This document shows positions 16,692-26,268 of a stretch of DNA of 43,088 nt, piece after piece (position 1 is the stretch's first letter; every line of letters begins with the position of its first letter). Where the stretch lies: positions 1-43,088 of the IMG/VR virus record IMGVR_UViG_3300033067_000992. The stretch is one strand, 5' to 3'. Under the pieces are notes generated by a model. The model was not told the origin of the DNA. It was given only the letters and a program-made list of their open reading frames with translations, and searched no databases. Made by a program: the position numbers and the translations under genes. This DNA is from a virus. Its lineage: Duplodnaviria > Caudoviricetes.

Positions 16692-17324
16692 ATGCGCTCT
16701 TTGAAAATCACAGACCTGCTTCGCAACGCCCCGCTCGTCGCCCTCACGTCAGCCGTATTGCTGGCGATGGAAGGCTTCGGATGGAGCTACCTCGCCCAAA
16801 CCAATGACCCGCTGCATGCCGTGCTTATGGCCTGCGTCGTGTCCGGTACGGGCCTTGTCGGCCTCGTCGCCTCCTACGTGGGCGCCGAACGCCGCCAAGA
16901 CCCCCGCCACAGCGTCCGCAGCGGCGCTTGGGTGGCGCAAGTGCTGGCCGTCCTGATGATGCTCCCTGGCATCGTGTTGGCCGCCGACAGCCTCGCCTTT
17001 CCCACCCAAGTCGCCAACGCCCGCAGCTACCTTGCTTCCGAAGAGCACGCCGCTGACCTTCAGGCTCAGCGGCTTGCTCAAGGCCAGCAAGAAATGGCCG
17101 AGGTAGCCATCAACCTTTCTCGCGGCACTATCCCGACGCGAGCCAGCTTCGACCTGGGCGCCGTCATCGCAGCCAGCTTCCTCTACATGGCCAACATGTG
17201 GGCGGCCTCGGCTCTTTGGCGGGCAAAGCCGGAAACTGCAACGGAACGCAAGCGCCGCGAGGCGCGCGCCGCCCGAGCCGCGAAACGTCCACAAGACATT
17301 CGCAAGCAACTCAAGATCGCTTAA
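16692..17324 (+). CDS. Four-TM membrane protein with basic C-terminal tail
   Basis: ATG after GGAGA; three TM helices, a polar loop, a fourth TM helix and an R/K-rich tail. Confidence 0.8.
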   Translation: MRSLKITDLLRNAPLVALTSAVLLAMEGFGWSYLAQTNDPLHAVLMACVVSGTGLVGLVASYVGAERRQDPRHSVRSGAWVAQVLAVLMMLPGIVLAADSLAFPTQVANARSYLASEEHAADLQAQRLAQGQQEMAEVAINLSRGTIPTRASFDLGAVIAASFLYMANMWAASALWRAKPETATERKRREARAARAAKRPQDIRKQLKIA

Positions 17325-17327
17325 CCT

Positions 17328-17360
17328 AAACGCCCCATGCTAACCCGTGGGGCGTTTTTC
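17328..17360 (+). terminator. Rho-independent terminator
   Basis: aaacgcccca-loop-tggggcgttttt directly after the stop at 17324. Confidence 0.75.
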
Positions 17361-17373
17361 ATTGGAGGCCGCC

Positions 17374-17601
17374 ATGCGCGCCCTGTTTGCCCTAGTCCTG
17401 CTCGCCGCCTGTTCGCCGCACACCCAACCGATCGGCCCGCTCCGCAATTCCTGGGAGTGCGGCTGGGATGACGACACCGGAAACTATCAAACCCATATCG
17501 TCTATTACGCCGCGAGCGGCGAGCGTCTTGGTCATTCGGCCGGGGCGGGCGATTGCACGCCTATAACCGAGGCAACAGCGCACGAATTAACGCGGCCATA
17601 G
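17374..17601 (+). CDS. Small lipoprotein (possible superinfection exclusion)
   Basis: GGAGG RBS; MRALFALVLLAAC lipobox; antisense to the virion operon. Confidence 0.7.
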   Translation: MRALFALVLLAACSPHTQPIGPLRNSWECGWDDDTGNYQTHIVYYAASGERLGHSAGAGDCTPITEATAHELTRP

Positions 17602-18205
17602 GCATTCCGCCACCCATGTTCGCCATCGTATCCCGGTGGGCGGCCTGTGCGTTTGCCGCGTTAGTCCGCCCCTGAGCGCGTGCAATGGCGATGCGCTCTG
17701 GCAGATTGCGGAACGCAAAGGCCAGATCGCCATTGTCATAATTTGGCGCGGGCGGCGCGGCATTGGGCGCCACACCCGCATCAAAGTGGCCACGTTGGCC
17801 GGGTATGGTTGGCCGGTTCGGATCGGCCGATGGCATGTCCGCCGTTGTCACAAAGCGTTGACCCGGCCCCATGCCGAACAAAGCGGGGCGCGCATCGCGC
17901 CCGGCCTGCGGCACGGGCGCCGCCGCTGCTTGCGCCAGCGTCATATGCGGCGCGCGAGGTAGCGCCCACGGCGCATCAACCACGCCGCCCGGCCCGACCG
18001 GCTTTTGCCGTAGCCAATCTTCGTCATCGCTGATCGCCGGCAACGGACGGGCGCCGCGTCCAACATCCAGATAGTGCGCCACGCCCGGCTGTTCGCCGTT
18101 TTGAGTGCGCGGCATCGGCGTGCCGTAGGTCTGGTGCATCGCCGGATAGCGTTCGGGGTGCTTGAAATATTCCCACATATTAGGGGTATGCCTGCGATCG
18201 ACCAC
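17561..18205 (-). CDS. Hypothetical protein, ejection-gene region
   Basis: 214-aa P/A/G-rich ORF with GGAGG RBS. Confidence 0.6.
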   Translation of the reverse strand: MVDRRHTPNMWEYFKHPERYPAMHQTYGTPMPRTQNGEQPGVAHYLDVGRGARPLPAISDDEDWLRQKPVGPGGVVDAPWALPRAPHMTLAQAAAAPVPQAGRDARPALFGMGPGQRFVTTADMPSADPNRPTIPGQRGHFDAGVAPNAAPPAPNYDNGDLAFAFRNLPERIAIARAQGRTNAANAQAAHRDTMANMGGGMPMAALIRALLPRL

Positions 18206-18220
18206 GGCTATAGTTCCTCC

Positions 18221-18502
18221 ATGCGCGGACCCATGATGCTTTTGGTCACTTGCTTCGCCGTCATCCTGGCATCGGGAGGGGCTGGCCTGTTTGTGGCGCT
18301 AATCGGGGCAATTGTTGCGGTGGTGTGGTCTGAGAAGGCTCAGCTTCGGGCTGAGCGCGAGCTAGACGATTATAAACGGGCACAAGAGATGGATCGCGCG
18401 CCGCAAGCGCCGCGAGGTCGGCCAACCACCGACGCACGGCTCCTGCGGTTGCTCGCGTCTTCGCAGTCCGCACCAAAAGGCGGACGAAGCCGGGATTCGT
18501 GA
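18221..18502 (+). CDS. Possible antisense membrane protein
   Basis: Two hydrophobic segments then a charged tail; GCTATAGT -10-like box just upstream. Confidence 0.35.
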   Translation: MRGPMMLLVTCFAVILASGGAGLFVALIGAIVAVVWSEKAQLRAERELDDYKRAQEMDRAPQAPRGRPTTDARLLRLLASSQSAPKGGRSRDS

Positions 18503-20669
18503 GCGCGTAGCCGACGCCGTTCATGCCGGCCATGCCGGCAAGAACCCATCCCCACTGACCGCCAACGGTCGCGGCCGTCAATGCGCCACCAGTCACCACC
18601 ATATTATTAAGCTGCCGCCCGCTGCGCGAATTGTTGGCAAACTCCTCAATTGCTTTTTGGTGATTGGCGACCCGCCCAAGCGCATCAAGCTCTTGGCGCA
18701 ATTCGGGCGGGAAGAGATGGGCCTTGCCCTCCGCCGACAATTGATTCCAGTGCGTCGCGAAGCGTCCGATGCTGAAAGCGCCAGCATCGGACGCCGCCGA
18801 CGAACCGAACGTCGGGCTTCCCATTTCATGCAGCAAGGTCGCCGCCACAGTCCGCATTTCGTCAGGGTGCAAGGCTTCGCGAATGTAGGCCAGGTGCGCG
18901 GTATTTTTGCGCCCACCATCGCGCGCCAGCGTCCAGATGTGGTGGTAAACCTGATGGCCGCCGCCAATCCCGCGCCCCAGCTTGTTGATAGGTTCAAGCA
19001 CCGCTTCGATGTGACGGGCGTGGCGCCCATACCATTCGTCAACGCGGGCTAAGTCTTCCGACGCTTGGCCACCGATGTTGCGCGCGCTCTCGGCGATGTC
19101 CTTGGTGATCGCCGTGTAGGCCTGCTGAAGTTGTGCGCTTGACGTGTCGCCGCGCAGCCCCGGATCATTCATGCGCTCGCGCAATTGCGTGCGCCATTGA
19201 CGCAAATCGTCAAAGCTGAGCGAAAGGTTTTGAGGCCCCGAATCCGTCGCCAACGCTTCCCGCATCTGCGCGAGGAAGCCGCGCGGCGCCAGCGCTTCCC
19301 GCGAAGCCCCGCCGCGAATACGGCCAGCCATATTGTCAATCGCCGAAATCGTATTGTGCGCCACCACCACCGGCCCCTCGACATGGCCGGTCATTTGCCG
19401 CTCGTCATGCGCAAGCTGGTCGAAAATCGGCTGGTAAAGCGCCTCCGCCTGCGCGGGAAAGCTCCATTCGCCGATTGGCGTATGCATCGGAATGGCCCCA
19501 TGCGGCGCCGGCTGATCCCGGTCGGACGTGCTGCGCCGGATGCCGGCTTGCGCTTCCGTGCCCGCGCCTTCCGGCGATTGTACAAAGCCGGTGCGTTGCG
19601 CCAATTCCCGCGCCCGCAAGGCAATGTCTTCGTTGGCGCGTTCAACGCCGCGCCGTGCGGTCATGCCGCCCAGCCATGATTCCGAGGCCGTCTTGGTCAC
19701 GTCAGCCGCCGAGCCGCCATACACCGCCGCAGCCGACGGCCGCACCCGCGCCGCCTCGAAGTCCGCCAAGCGCGAGGCGGGCGTTTCCGATGACACCATG
19801 CCAGATGGCGCGCCCGTACCGGCGCGCAAGGCTTCGTCAGCCGCCGCGCCTTGCGGCGGCGGCGCGATCCGCCCCCGACGCGCGCTAGGGGACAACACCG
19901 CCCCCACCGCCGCGCCCGTTGCGGTATCCACCAAGGCTTGCGGCAGGCGCTCTTGCAGCGAGCCCTGGCCTTGGGCGAGCGCGTTGGGAAGCGTCAAGCC
20001 AGCGCCCAGTGCGGCGCCGCCAAGTCGCGTGGTGATCAGCGGCGCGGCCAGCGCGCCCGCCGTATTCGTCACAATGCCGCCCGTGGCGTTGACCGCATTG
20101 CCGGCTTCGCGATCGGCGCCCGCCTGATTGCCGCGCATGGCGAACACCAGCTCTTGATTGCGCGCTTCGTCGTTTTGCTCGAACGGCTGCGTGGTCATGC
20201 CGTGAACCAAGTCGGGAATATGCGTGAGCATGTTGCCGATGGCCTGGGGTGCGCCTTCCCAGGCACGCTGCCCCGCCGCGCCAAGGTCGCGGCCAAGGCG
20301 CGGCAGATCGAGGCTAGGAATTTGCCGCGCTCCCCCGATCATCCCTTGCACGTTGCGGCCAAGCGCGGCGCGCTGGCGCGGGTCGGAAAACATATGCGCC
20401 AACGGCTCGGAAACGTGACCCAGGCCCATCGGCACGAGATTGCGCTCAAACTCGCGCTGCATCGTGTCTGTCGCCACGGCGCGGCGCTCTTGTGGGGACC
20501 ATTCGGTGCGGCGCGGCGCGGCTGGCGCTTGCGTCAGGCCAACGCGGCGCGAAAAGTCCTCGAACGGGATGTCTGAGTAATAGCGGTCATGTAGCCCATG
20601 CGCGATTTGCGCATCGGTCATGTCATTGTATTCCGGATGCTGGCGGCGGATTTCCGCAATCGTGGTCAT
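18261..20669 (-). CDS. Large DNA ejection/internal virion protein
   Basis: 802 aa; MTTIAEIR.Q.PEY.DM.D...A..LH..YYSD N-terminus; NS.SG motif plus G/A-rich helices near the C-terminus; third gene in the ejection series. Confidence 0.75.
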   Translation of the reverse strand: MTTIAEIRRQHPEYNDMTDAQIAHGLHDRYYSDIPFEDFSRRVGLTQAPAAPRRTEWSPQERRAVATDTMQREFERNLVPMGLGHVSEPLAHMFSDPRQRAALGRNVQGMIGGARQIPSLDLPRLGRDLGAAGQRAWEGAPQAIGNMLTHIPDLVHGMTTQPFEQNDEARNQELVFAMRGNQAGADREAGNAVNATGGIVTNTAGALAAPLITTRLGGAALGAGLTLPNALAQGQGSLQERLPQALVDTATGAAVGAVLSPSARRGRIAPPPQGAAADEALRAGTGAPSGMVSSETPASRLADFEAARVRPSAAAVYGGSAADVTKTASESWLGGMTARRGVERANEDIALRARELAQRTGFVQSPEGAGTEAQAGIRRSTSDRDQPAPHGAIPMHTPIGEWSFPAQAEALYQPIFDQLAHDERQMTGHVEGPVVVAHNTISAIDNMAGRIRGGASREALAPRGFLAQMREALATDSGPQNLSLSFDDLRQWRTQLRERMNDPGLRGDTSSAQLQQAYTAITKDIAESARNIGGQASEDLARVDEWYGRHARHIEAVLEPINKLGRGIGGGHQVYHHIWTLARDGGRKNTAHLAYIREALHPDEMRTVAATLLHEMGSPTFGSSAASDAGAFSIGRFATHWNQLSAEGKAHLFPPELRQELDALGRVANHQKAIEEFANNSRSGRQLNNMVVTGGALTAATVGGQWGWVLAGMAGMNGVGYALTNPGFVRLLVRTAKTRATAGAVRRWLADLAALAARDPSLVPVYNRLARAQPEAEPSQTTPPQQLPRLAPQTGQPLPMPG

Positions 20670-21802
20670 CGAATGCCCAGCGGATCAGGCCGCGCCGTTT
20701 GCTGCGCCTGCGGCGGAGGCGGCACGTTTTCGGCGCCGAATTGCTGCACGTCCTGTTGATAAGCCGCCTGCAAGCGTTGCATGGATTCGGTATAGGTGCG
20801 CTCCAAATCGCTCAAATGTTGCAAGAATTGCGTTTGCGTTTGGCTTTGTTCCAAGCTGCCCAACACGTTTTGCAACAGCGCCGTTTCCCGATCAGACACA
20901 TTGCCGAGCGCGCCGCCGGTTGGTGAATTGGCGCGCATGTCGGCCAGCTTATCAAAGCCGATGTTAGCGCGAATGGTTTGCAGTTCATTGTGCAAAGCGT
21001 TGGCGTTGGTGGTCGGGACGCCTTGCAACGTATTTCCAATGACGCCGGTTGAACCGAAGCCATGCGCATAATCGCGCGCCCGCGCGATCGCGGTGAGCAC
21101 CGTGCGGTTTTGGCTCATCTGCGAAAGGATGCGCCCCGCGTTGCGGTTTGCCGTCGCCGCCGAGCGATCCGCCGCAGGACCGCCGGGGATTGGCTCTAGT
21201 GTGCCGTCCTGGCGATAGCGATAGCCCATCGGGGCGCGGCCAAAACCGCTTCCACCGCCAGCGCCGCCCTCTGTGGCGCGATGATAGCGCTGCTCTTCGG
21301 CCAGTCGCGCGCGGCCTAGATCAACATCGGCTTGCTGCGCGGAAGTGAGCGGTTGATGCGCGGCACGATAGGCTTGATAAGCCCCCGCTGGATCGACCTG
21401 CGCATCCGGCCCTTGCGCCGAGGCCCAATCGTTCAAGCGTTCGTTTTGCTTGTCTTCGGTATTCCATGCCCCTTGCTGGTGCTGTTGCAGCGTTTGCGCC
21501 CATTGGTTTTGCGCCTCTCGCTGCTTTTGAGCGCCCATGCGTTCGTCGTGCGCGGCGCGGCCACGGATGCCGCCCGCCAGCGCGTTGAGGATCGCTTCGC
21601 CCAGCCCATGGCTCTGCGGCATGTCTTGCATGGACGCCAGCATGGACGCCCAGTCAGCGCCCTGCGCGGTTGGCGGCGCGGCCTGATCGCTTTTTTGCCC
21701 CCCAAGCGCCGCCGCCAGTTGACGCGGGTCAATCGCCGTCTGCGCGCCCATCGTGGCGGCCGACCCCCATGCTTGCGGGGCGCGAGCATTCCAAACGGCC
21801 AT
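20666..21802 (-). CDS. DNA ejection protein
   Basis: P.GY.Y..DG.LEPIPGGPA, SPTGGALGNVS.RE...L....GSL.Q.Q and terminal DPLGIR motifs. Confidence 0.75.
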   Translation of the reverse strand: MAVWNARAPQAWGSAATMGAQTAIDPRQLAAALGGQKSDQAAPPTAQGADWASMLASMQDMPQSHGLGEAILNALAGGIRGRAAHDERMGAQKQREAQNQWAQTLQQHQQGAWNTEDKQNERLNDWASAQGPDAQVDPAGAYQAYRAAHQPLTSAQQADVDLGRARLAEEQRYHRATEGGAGGGSGFGRAPMGYRYRQDGTLEPIPGGPAADRSAATANRNAGRILSQMSQNRTVLTAIARARDYAHGFGSTGVIGNTLQGVPTTNANALHNELQTIRANIGFDKLADMRANSPTGGALGNVSDRETALLQNVLGSLEQSQTQTQFLQHLSDLERTYTESMQRLQAAYQQDVQQFGAENVPPPPQAQQTARPDPLGIR

Positions 21803-21803
21803 T

Positions 21804-22916
21804 TCAGAGCGCTCCGTAATCGACCATGAGCCAGCCCGCTGGATCGACGTGCACCGCATGCGCGGGCGCTTCCGTCGCCATGACGCCAAGCCGCAACGGC
21901 GCGGTCGCCGCATCCCAAAGGTAGCGATAATTCCACCACCTGAGCCCGTTTGCATCAGTGTGGTGATAGCTCACATCGCGCTTCAGGCGCGGATCAGAGA
22001 AGTGTGTAATCGCCGCCGCGCCCAAGTTCGACAGCGCGCTCCAAGGCCCGGCGGCGTTTTGATATTGCGCGTTATAGCGCGCCATCTGTTGCCCGAAGTT
22101 GTTGGCGTTTATGCCGGCGATGTCTGTCCCGGCCATCGTCGGGCTATTGGGTGCGCCAGGGTTGATGGAATTGACCTGATTGCCGTTCGCCAAGCCGATG
22201 ATGCGGTTGAGCGGATTGTCAATCGAGGCGTTCAGTTCGGCATTGTTGGCGCTGTTTTGCGTCTGCGCATCGCCCAAGTTCGTTCCGCGTTGACTCAAAA
22301 TCTCGGAGAGGTTTTGTCCTCGATCAGACATAGCCTGTTGCCGCGCCGCCAATTCATTGCCCGCATACGCATCGCCTACGCCCTTGGAAAAGGCCTGTTG
22401 CGACGAACCCCATGCATCGGACCCCGCGTTGATGCCTTGATTGGCCAACCGCGAATCCAGCGATTCCTGTCCGCGCGATGCCCACTCGCCAACGCCCCGG
22501 TTGAGCAATTCGCGCGTGCGCGCTTCGGAATCGGCCCCGAACCTGCCAAGCTGGCTGTTGATGTCGAGCGGCCCGCCCGTGGCCCCGTTCACGTCGAGGT
22601 GATGAGGATTGTAAGGGCCGCCAAGCAAGGCTGACGCTTGGTTTGTTTGATCAATGCCTAACTGCCCCAGCAAACTGCTTTGCTGCGTTTGCAGGTCCAG
22701 CAAGTGCTGCTGCTCGGGATTGAGCGTCGTGGTTTGCGTTGCTTGCCGGATACCGCCAGGGCCGGGCTGATAGCTGTAGTTCACCTGCCCGTAGGGCGAA
22801 TTGACGTTGGTGTTGCCATAGATTTGATTAGCGGCCGATGTCGCAAGGTTGCTGTTCGTTTGCGCTTGCGCGACGACATTGGGATCAGGCGGCCTGGGAA
22901 CGCTTGGCTTGCTCAT
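21804..22916 (-). CDS. DNA ejection/pilot protein with C-terminal intramolecular chaperone (peptidase S74-like) domain
   Basis: MSKPS.P.PPDP..AQ N-terminus, Q/N/G-rich; C-terminal FSDPRLKRD...Y.Y.WD.....GVMA.E....V.......VDYG.L. Confidence 0.8.
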   Translation of the reverse strand: MSKPSVPRPPDPNVVAQAQTNSNLATSAANQIYGNTNVNSPYGQVNYSYQPGPGGIRQATQTTTLNPEQQHLLDLQTQQSSLLGQLGIDQTNQASALLGGPYNPHHLDVNGATGGPLDINSQLGRFGADSEARTRELLNRGVGEWASRGQESLDSRLANQGINAGSDAWGSSQQAFSKGVGDAYAGNELAARQQAMSDRGQNLSEILSQRGTNLGDAQTQNSANNAELNASIDNPLNRIIGLANGNQVNSINPGAPNSPTMAGTDIAGINANNFGQQMARYNAQYQNAAGPWSALSNLGAAAITHFSDPRLKRDVSYHHTDANGLRWWNYRYLWDAATAPLRLGVMATEAPAHAVHVDPAGWLMVDYGAL

Positions 22917-23331
22917 AATACTCTTCGCGGAACCGGTGTGAAATAACCGCATCGTCAGTTCCGAATTGACGCGGCAAGATAGCTTCATAGGTGAGCCCCA
23001 GGGCCCGCACCAAACGCAGCGCGCGCTCATTGCTGCGCGGCGTTCGGCTCCAAATCTTTTGGCAATCGCAAGTCAAAAAGGCGTAGTCGTACATGGCGCG
23101 GATCGCCTTGCGCGCCAGTAGCCAGCGCGCATCCACAGACACCGCGCTCACTTCAATCGTGCCGTTCCAAGGCTCCCAGCTATGGAACGCGATCACGCCC
23201 AAAAGCTCGCCCGCGTCCGTCTCAACGCCCATCGCCGTCGCCGCCTCCGGGAACGGCTGCCCATGCATCGCCGGTATCTTCGGCGCGGCCCAGGCCAGCA
23301 ATTCCTCGCTGACGCGCGGCGACAGCTTCAT
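22885..23331 (-). CDS. GNAT-fold acetyltransferase of podovirus tail region
   Basis: Located after the nozzle; Y.F...C......P.SN.RAL.....LG...E..L...FG motif. Confidence 0.8.
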   Translation of the reverse strand: MKLSPRVSEELLAWAAPKIPAMHGQPFPEAATAMGVETDAGELLGVIAFHSWEPWNGTIEVSAVSVDARWLLARKAIRAMYDYAFLTCDCQKIWSRTPRSNERALRLVRALGLTYEAILPRQFGTDDAVISHRFREEYYEQAKRSQAA

Positions 23332-24887
23332 ATCTGCCCGTCGACGCTATAGCGCAGATTGACGCCGTTAATGTCCAGCGGCGACTGGTTGGCGCGCGCT
23401 TCCAGCACTAGCGAAACACTATGCCCGCTGCCGGAAATCGCCCGCCAGCCTTGCGTGGCGACGTCTTGGCCGCCCCACAAATTCGTGCCCCACCTACCCG
23501 TCCCCCATATGAGCGCGTTGGTGGTGGTGGTTGTCGGCCATGCGCCCAAGCCGGGGGTTGTCTGATATTCCGTGCGCGCGACAAGCCGGATCCCCGCCCG
23601 CGTCGTCGCCGTCACCACTACGCGGCATTCCAGCAGCGTTTTCGACACCGCTTTTTGCAACATGGTCCAGCCTTGCGACCACGCCGCAGTGATATCGCTA
23701 CCTTTGTCGGAGTAGCCGTCGAAGCACTTATAGACCACACCATCGGAACCACCGGCGTAAAGGTTGGCGCCGTACACTTCGAAAGTCTCGAAGTCCCAGC
23801 CCGTGAAGCGGCCAAAGCCGCCGGTCTGGCGGTAGCGCACCACTTGCCGCGCCGTGGTCGCGGTGATCGGCGCATTGATCAGCAGGATGTCGCGCGCCGG
23901 AAAAAAGATGCCTTCCCAGCCCGTGAACGCCCGCCCCGCATTGGATAGCTCTTGCCACCCCGTCGCGATGCGCTGGGTTAGCGGCAAGCTTTGCTGATCG
24001 CCCGTCGACATCACCGCCTTAACGGAGATCAGCCCCGCCACAGTGATGACGCCAAGATCATCGCCAAGGTCGATAAATGGCCGATCCCCGATCGGCTCGC
24101 CCACGTAATAGGTGCCGATCAGCGCCCAATTGGTAGGATCGCCCGGATTGGTTCCCGAATAGACCGCGATCTCGCCTTCGCTGGTGAGCGCCACGAAGTA
24201 ATGCGCAACGCCTGACCCGCCGTCCAACGCAAGTGATCCCATCGCGATCAGGTGGCCGCCAAAGTTGAACACCGCGCCGAGCGGGAAATTGGACACAGTG
24301 CCGGCGATGCTTTGCGTCGCGAAATACCCAAACGTCAGCGTATTCTTGAAGATGACGTAGAGCCGTTCGGCATGCGTCAACACGAAGCTGATTTGGTCGC
24401 TCGTGTAGGTCGTCAGCGATAGCGATGGAACGGTCCAGACCGCTCCGCTCCAATGCTGGGGCGCAACCGAACCGTTGCAAATCCACAGAAACGAACCACC
24501 GGACGTGGTGATATTGGTAAAGCTAAAGCGCGCGTTACCCATCGAGGTCAGCACCGCCGCCCCGATCGCACCCGCGCTGGACGCATCGTAAACGCTGGTC
24601 CCCGCCGCCGCGAACAGGAACGACGTGTTCGGCCCGCTATAGGCCATCAACGTCTCAACCGGCGTCGAGCCGCCCGTCAACCAGTTGGTATAGCCTTCCC
24701 GGATGCGCACCGAGACGCCGCGTGGCATCCAATTGTCGAACGTCCGCGCCATGGTAGCGGGCAATTCCGCTTCCGGCGTCGAGGTATCCCAGCCCCCCGC
24801 TGGCGCGGGAATGTAGCCTTCGTTGGCGCGGTAGCCGGGCCGGTTGAAAAGCCTTGGCCCGATGTCTTTCTTGATCGCCTGTCTCAC
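23328..24887 (-). CDS. Tail nozzle / packaged-DNA stabilisation protein (P22 gp10-like)
   Basis: 519-aa beta-rich protein; PAP.GGW, DNW.P, S.GE.AVY.G..P...W.L.G.Y and WG...WG...WG motifs. Confidence 0.8.
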   Translation of the reverse strand: MRQAIKKDIGPRLFNRPGYRANEGYIPAPAGGWDTSTPEAELPATMARTFDNWMPRGVSVRIREGYTNWLTGGSTPVETLMAYSGPNTSFLFAAAGTSVYDASSAGAIGAAVLTSMGNARFSFTNITTSGGSFLWICNGSVAPQHWSGAVWTVPSLSLTTYTSDQISFVLTHAERLYVIFKNTLTFGYFATQSIAGTVSNFPLGAVFNFGGHLIAMGSLALDGGSGVAHYFVALTSEGEIAVYSGTNPGDPTNWALIGTYYVGEPIGDRPFIDLGDDLGVITVAGLISVKAVMSTGDQQSLPLTQRIATGWQELSNAGRAFTGWEGIFFPARDILLINAPITATTARQVVRYRQTGGFGRFTGWDFETFEVYGANLYAGGSDGVVYKCFDGYSDKGSDITAAWSQGWTMLQKAVSKTLLECRVVVTATTRAGIRLVARTEYQTTPGLGAWPTTTTTNALIWGTGRWGTNLWGGQDVATQGWRAISGSGHSVSLVLEARANQSPLDINGVNLRYSVDGQI

Positions 24888-25597
24888 CCGAAACCAGTCT
24901 CGGGCACGTTGGGCATTTGGTCGGACAGGTTGTAGCTCTCGTTCGGCGCAATCGAGATTGTGCGCGCCGAGCCTATTTGCGACTGATAGTCGGCCAGCAA
25001 CGCCAGTTCGTAATTGCGCAAGTCCTCGGCGTAATCGCGGCCCTTGGACTGCTTATAGCGCCAGACAATCCCCAGCTTGAGCACGTCTTCGTCAAGCACA
25101 TAAGTGTCAGTGTCGACGCTAAACGCGGTCTTATAGGTGGTCCCATCGACCGCCAGAACCGGGGTGTTGACAATGTAGTCGTAACTGATCGTGGCCGCCT
25201 CCGTGGGCGTCGGGAAGATGTGCAGTCCGTCATAACGGAACATGACATATTGCGTGATCGAAGACGTGACCGATTGACCTTGCGCGAACGAGTATTCGCT
25301 TGAGCGCAGCGGCCCGCCCATTTGGCGATGCGTCGTGGTGTTCCAGAATGTTTCCGGGATCGCATACTTGAAGTCAGTCGCCTTGCCGCTCGATTGCAGC
25401 GACGCCAGCGAGGCGGTGAAGCTCTTGGTGCGCTGTAGCAATGGCCAATAGAACTCGCGCCGCAGCACTTCGGCGGCTTCCGAATTGGCCAGCGCATAGA
25501 GCAGGTTTTGCGTTTCCTGCCCATCGGCCACCACCGTCGCCGTCACCGGCAACGATAGCAGCCGCTGCGCGTTATTGACCGCCGTTAGCAGTGTCAC
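24884..25597 (-). CDS. Head-tail adaptor (tail tubular protein A-like)
   Basis: MTLLT.V N-terminus; F..D.D...LD......G..WR....KG.DYAE; P.TGFG C-terminus. Confidence 0.8.
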   Translation of the reverse strand: MTLLTAVNNAQRLLSLPVTATVVADGQETQNLLYALANSEAAEVLRREFYWPLLQRTKSFTASLASLQSSGKATDFKYAIPETFWNTTTHRQMGGPLRSSEYSFAQGQSVTSSITQYVMFRYDGLHIFPTPTEAATISYDYIVNTPVLAVDGTTYKTAFSVDTDTYVLDEDVLKLGIVWRYKQSKGRDYAEDLRNYELALLADYQSQIGSARTISIAPNESYNLSDQMPNVPETGFG

Positions 25598-26268
25598 AGC
25601 CGCAAATCATCCTCGGCCGGGGTTTCCAGCACTTCCTCGACCGCGACAGAGCGATTTTTGCGCGTCGGCTTGTCAAAGCCCATGTTGTTTTGCTTTTGTA
25701 GCAGTTGCTTCACTTGCTCTTGCAATTCCGCGATTTGCCCGTCTCGCTTGGCAAGCTCCCGCGCCAGCTTGGCGTTTTGCGCTTCGGTCTTGGCCTCGCC
25801 CAAATAGGCGATGGCCTTGGCGCGCCACTCGCGGCCGCCACGGCGGAAGCAGGACTCAATCTGTGAATCCGACAAGTCGGCCACCTGCTGCACCGTGTAC
25901 ACGTTGGACGCCTTCAGTTGCGCCACCAGCGCCACGTCCATCCCCGGCCATTGCTCAAGCGGGGTGCCGCGCTCGGATGGCGATTGCCCCTTCATCCAGG
26001 CCAGAAACGGCTCCTTGAAGCGCTGGTATGGACCCTCGTCGCGCTTGATCGTGCCGTCGTCCTTGGTGCGCTGAATTTCGTAAATCGGGCCATCGCCGCG
26101 CGAACCCGCGACAATCACCCGGCAATGCACGGCGCGGTCATAGACCGGCGGACCGTCCATTGAGGCTTTCTCGTCCTTGATCGCCACTTCCTCGAAGAAC
26201 AGCAGCAGCGGCGGCGTGCCTGGGGGCGCGTCGGCCTCGCGAAACGGGATCGGCAGGGATTCAGCCAT
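25594..26268 (-). CDS. Conserved head-region protein
   Basis: GTPL..WP......LK...V.TV.Q.A.LSD motif plus a C-terminal coiled coil. Confidence 0.7.
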   Translation of the reverse strand: MAESLPIPFREADAPPGTPPLLLFFEEVAIKDEKASMDGPPVYDRAVHCRVIVAGSRGDGPIYEIQRTKDDGTIKRDEGPYQRFKEPFLAWMKGQSPSERGTPLEQWPGMDVALVAQLKASNVYTVQQVADLSDSQIESCFRRGGREWRAKAIAYLGEAKTEAQNAKLARELAKRDGQIAELQEQVKQLLQKQNNMGFDKPTRKNRSVAVEEVLETPAEDDLRL

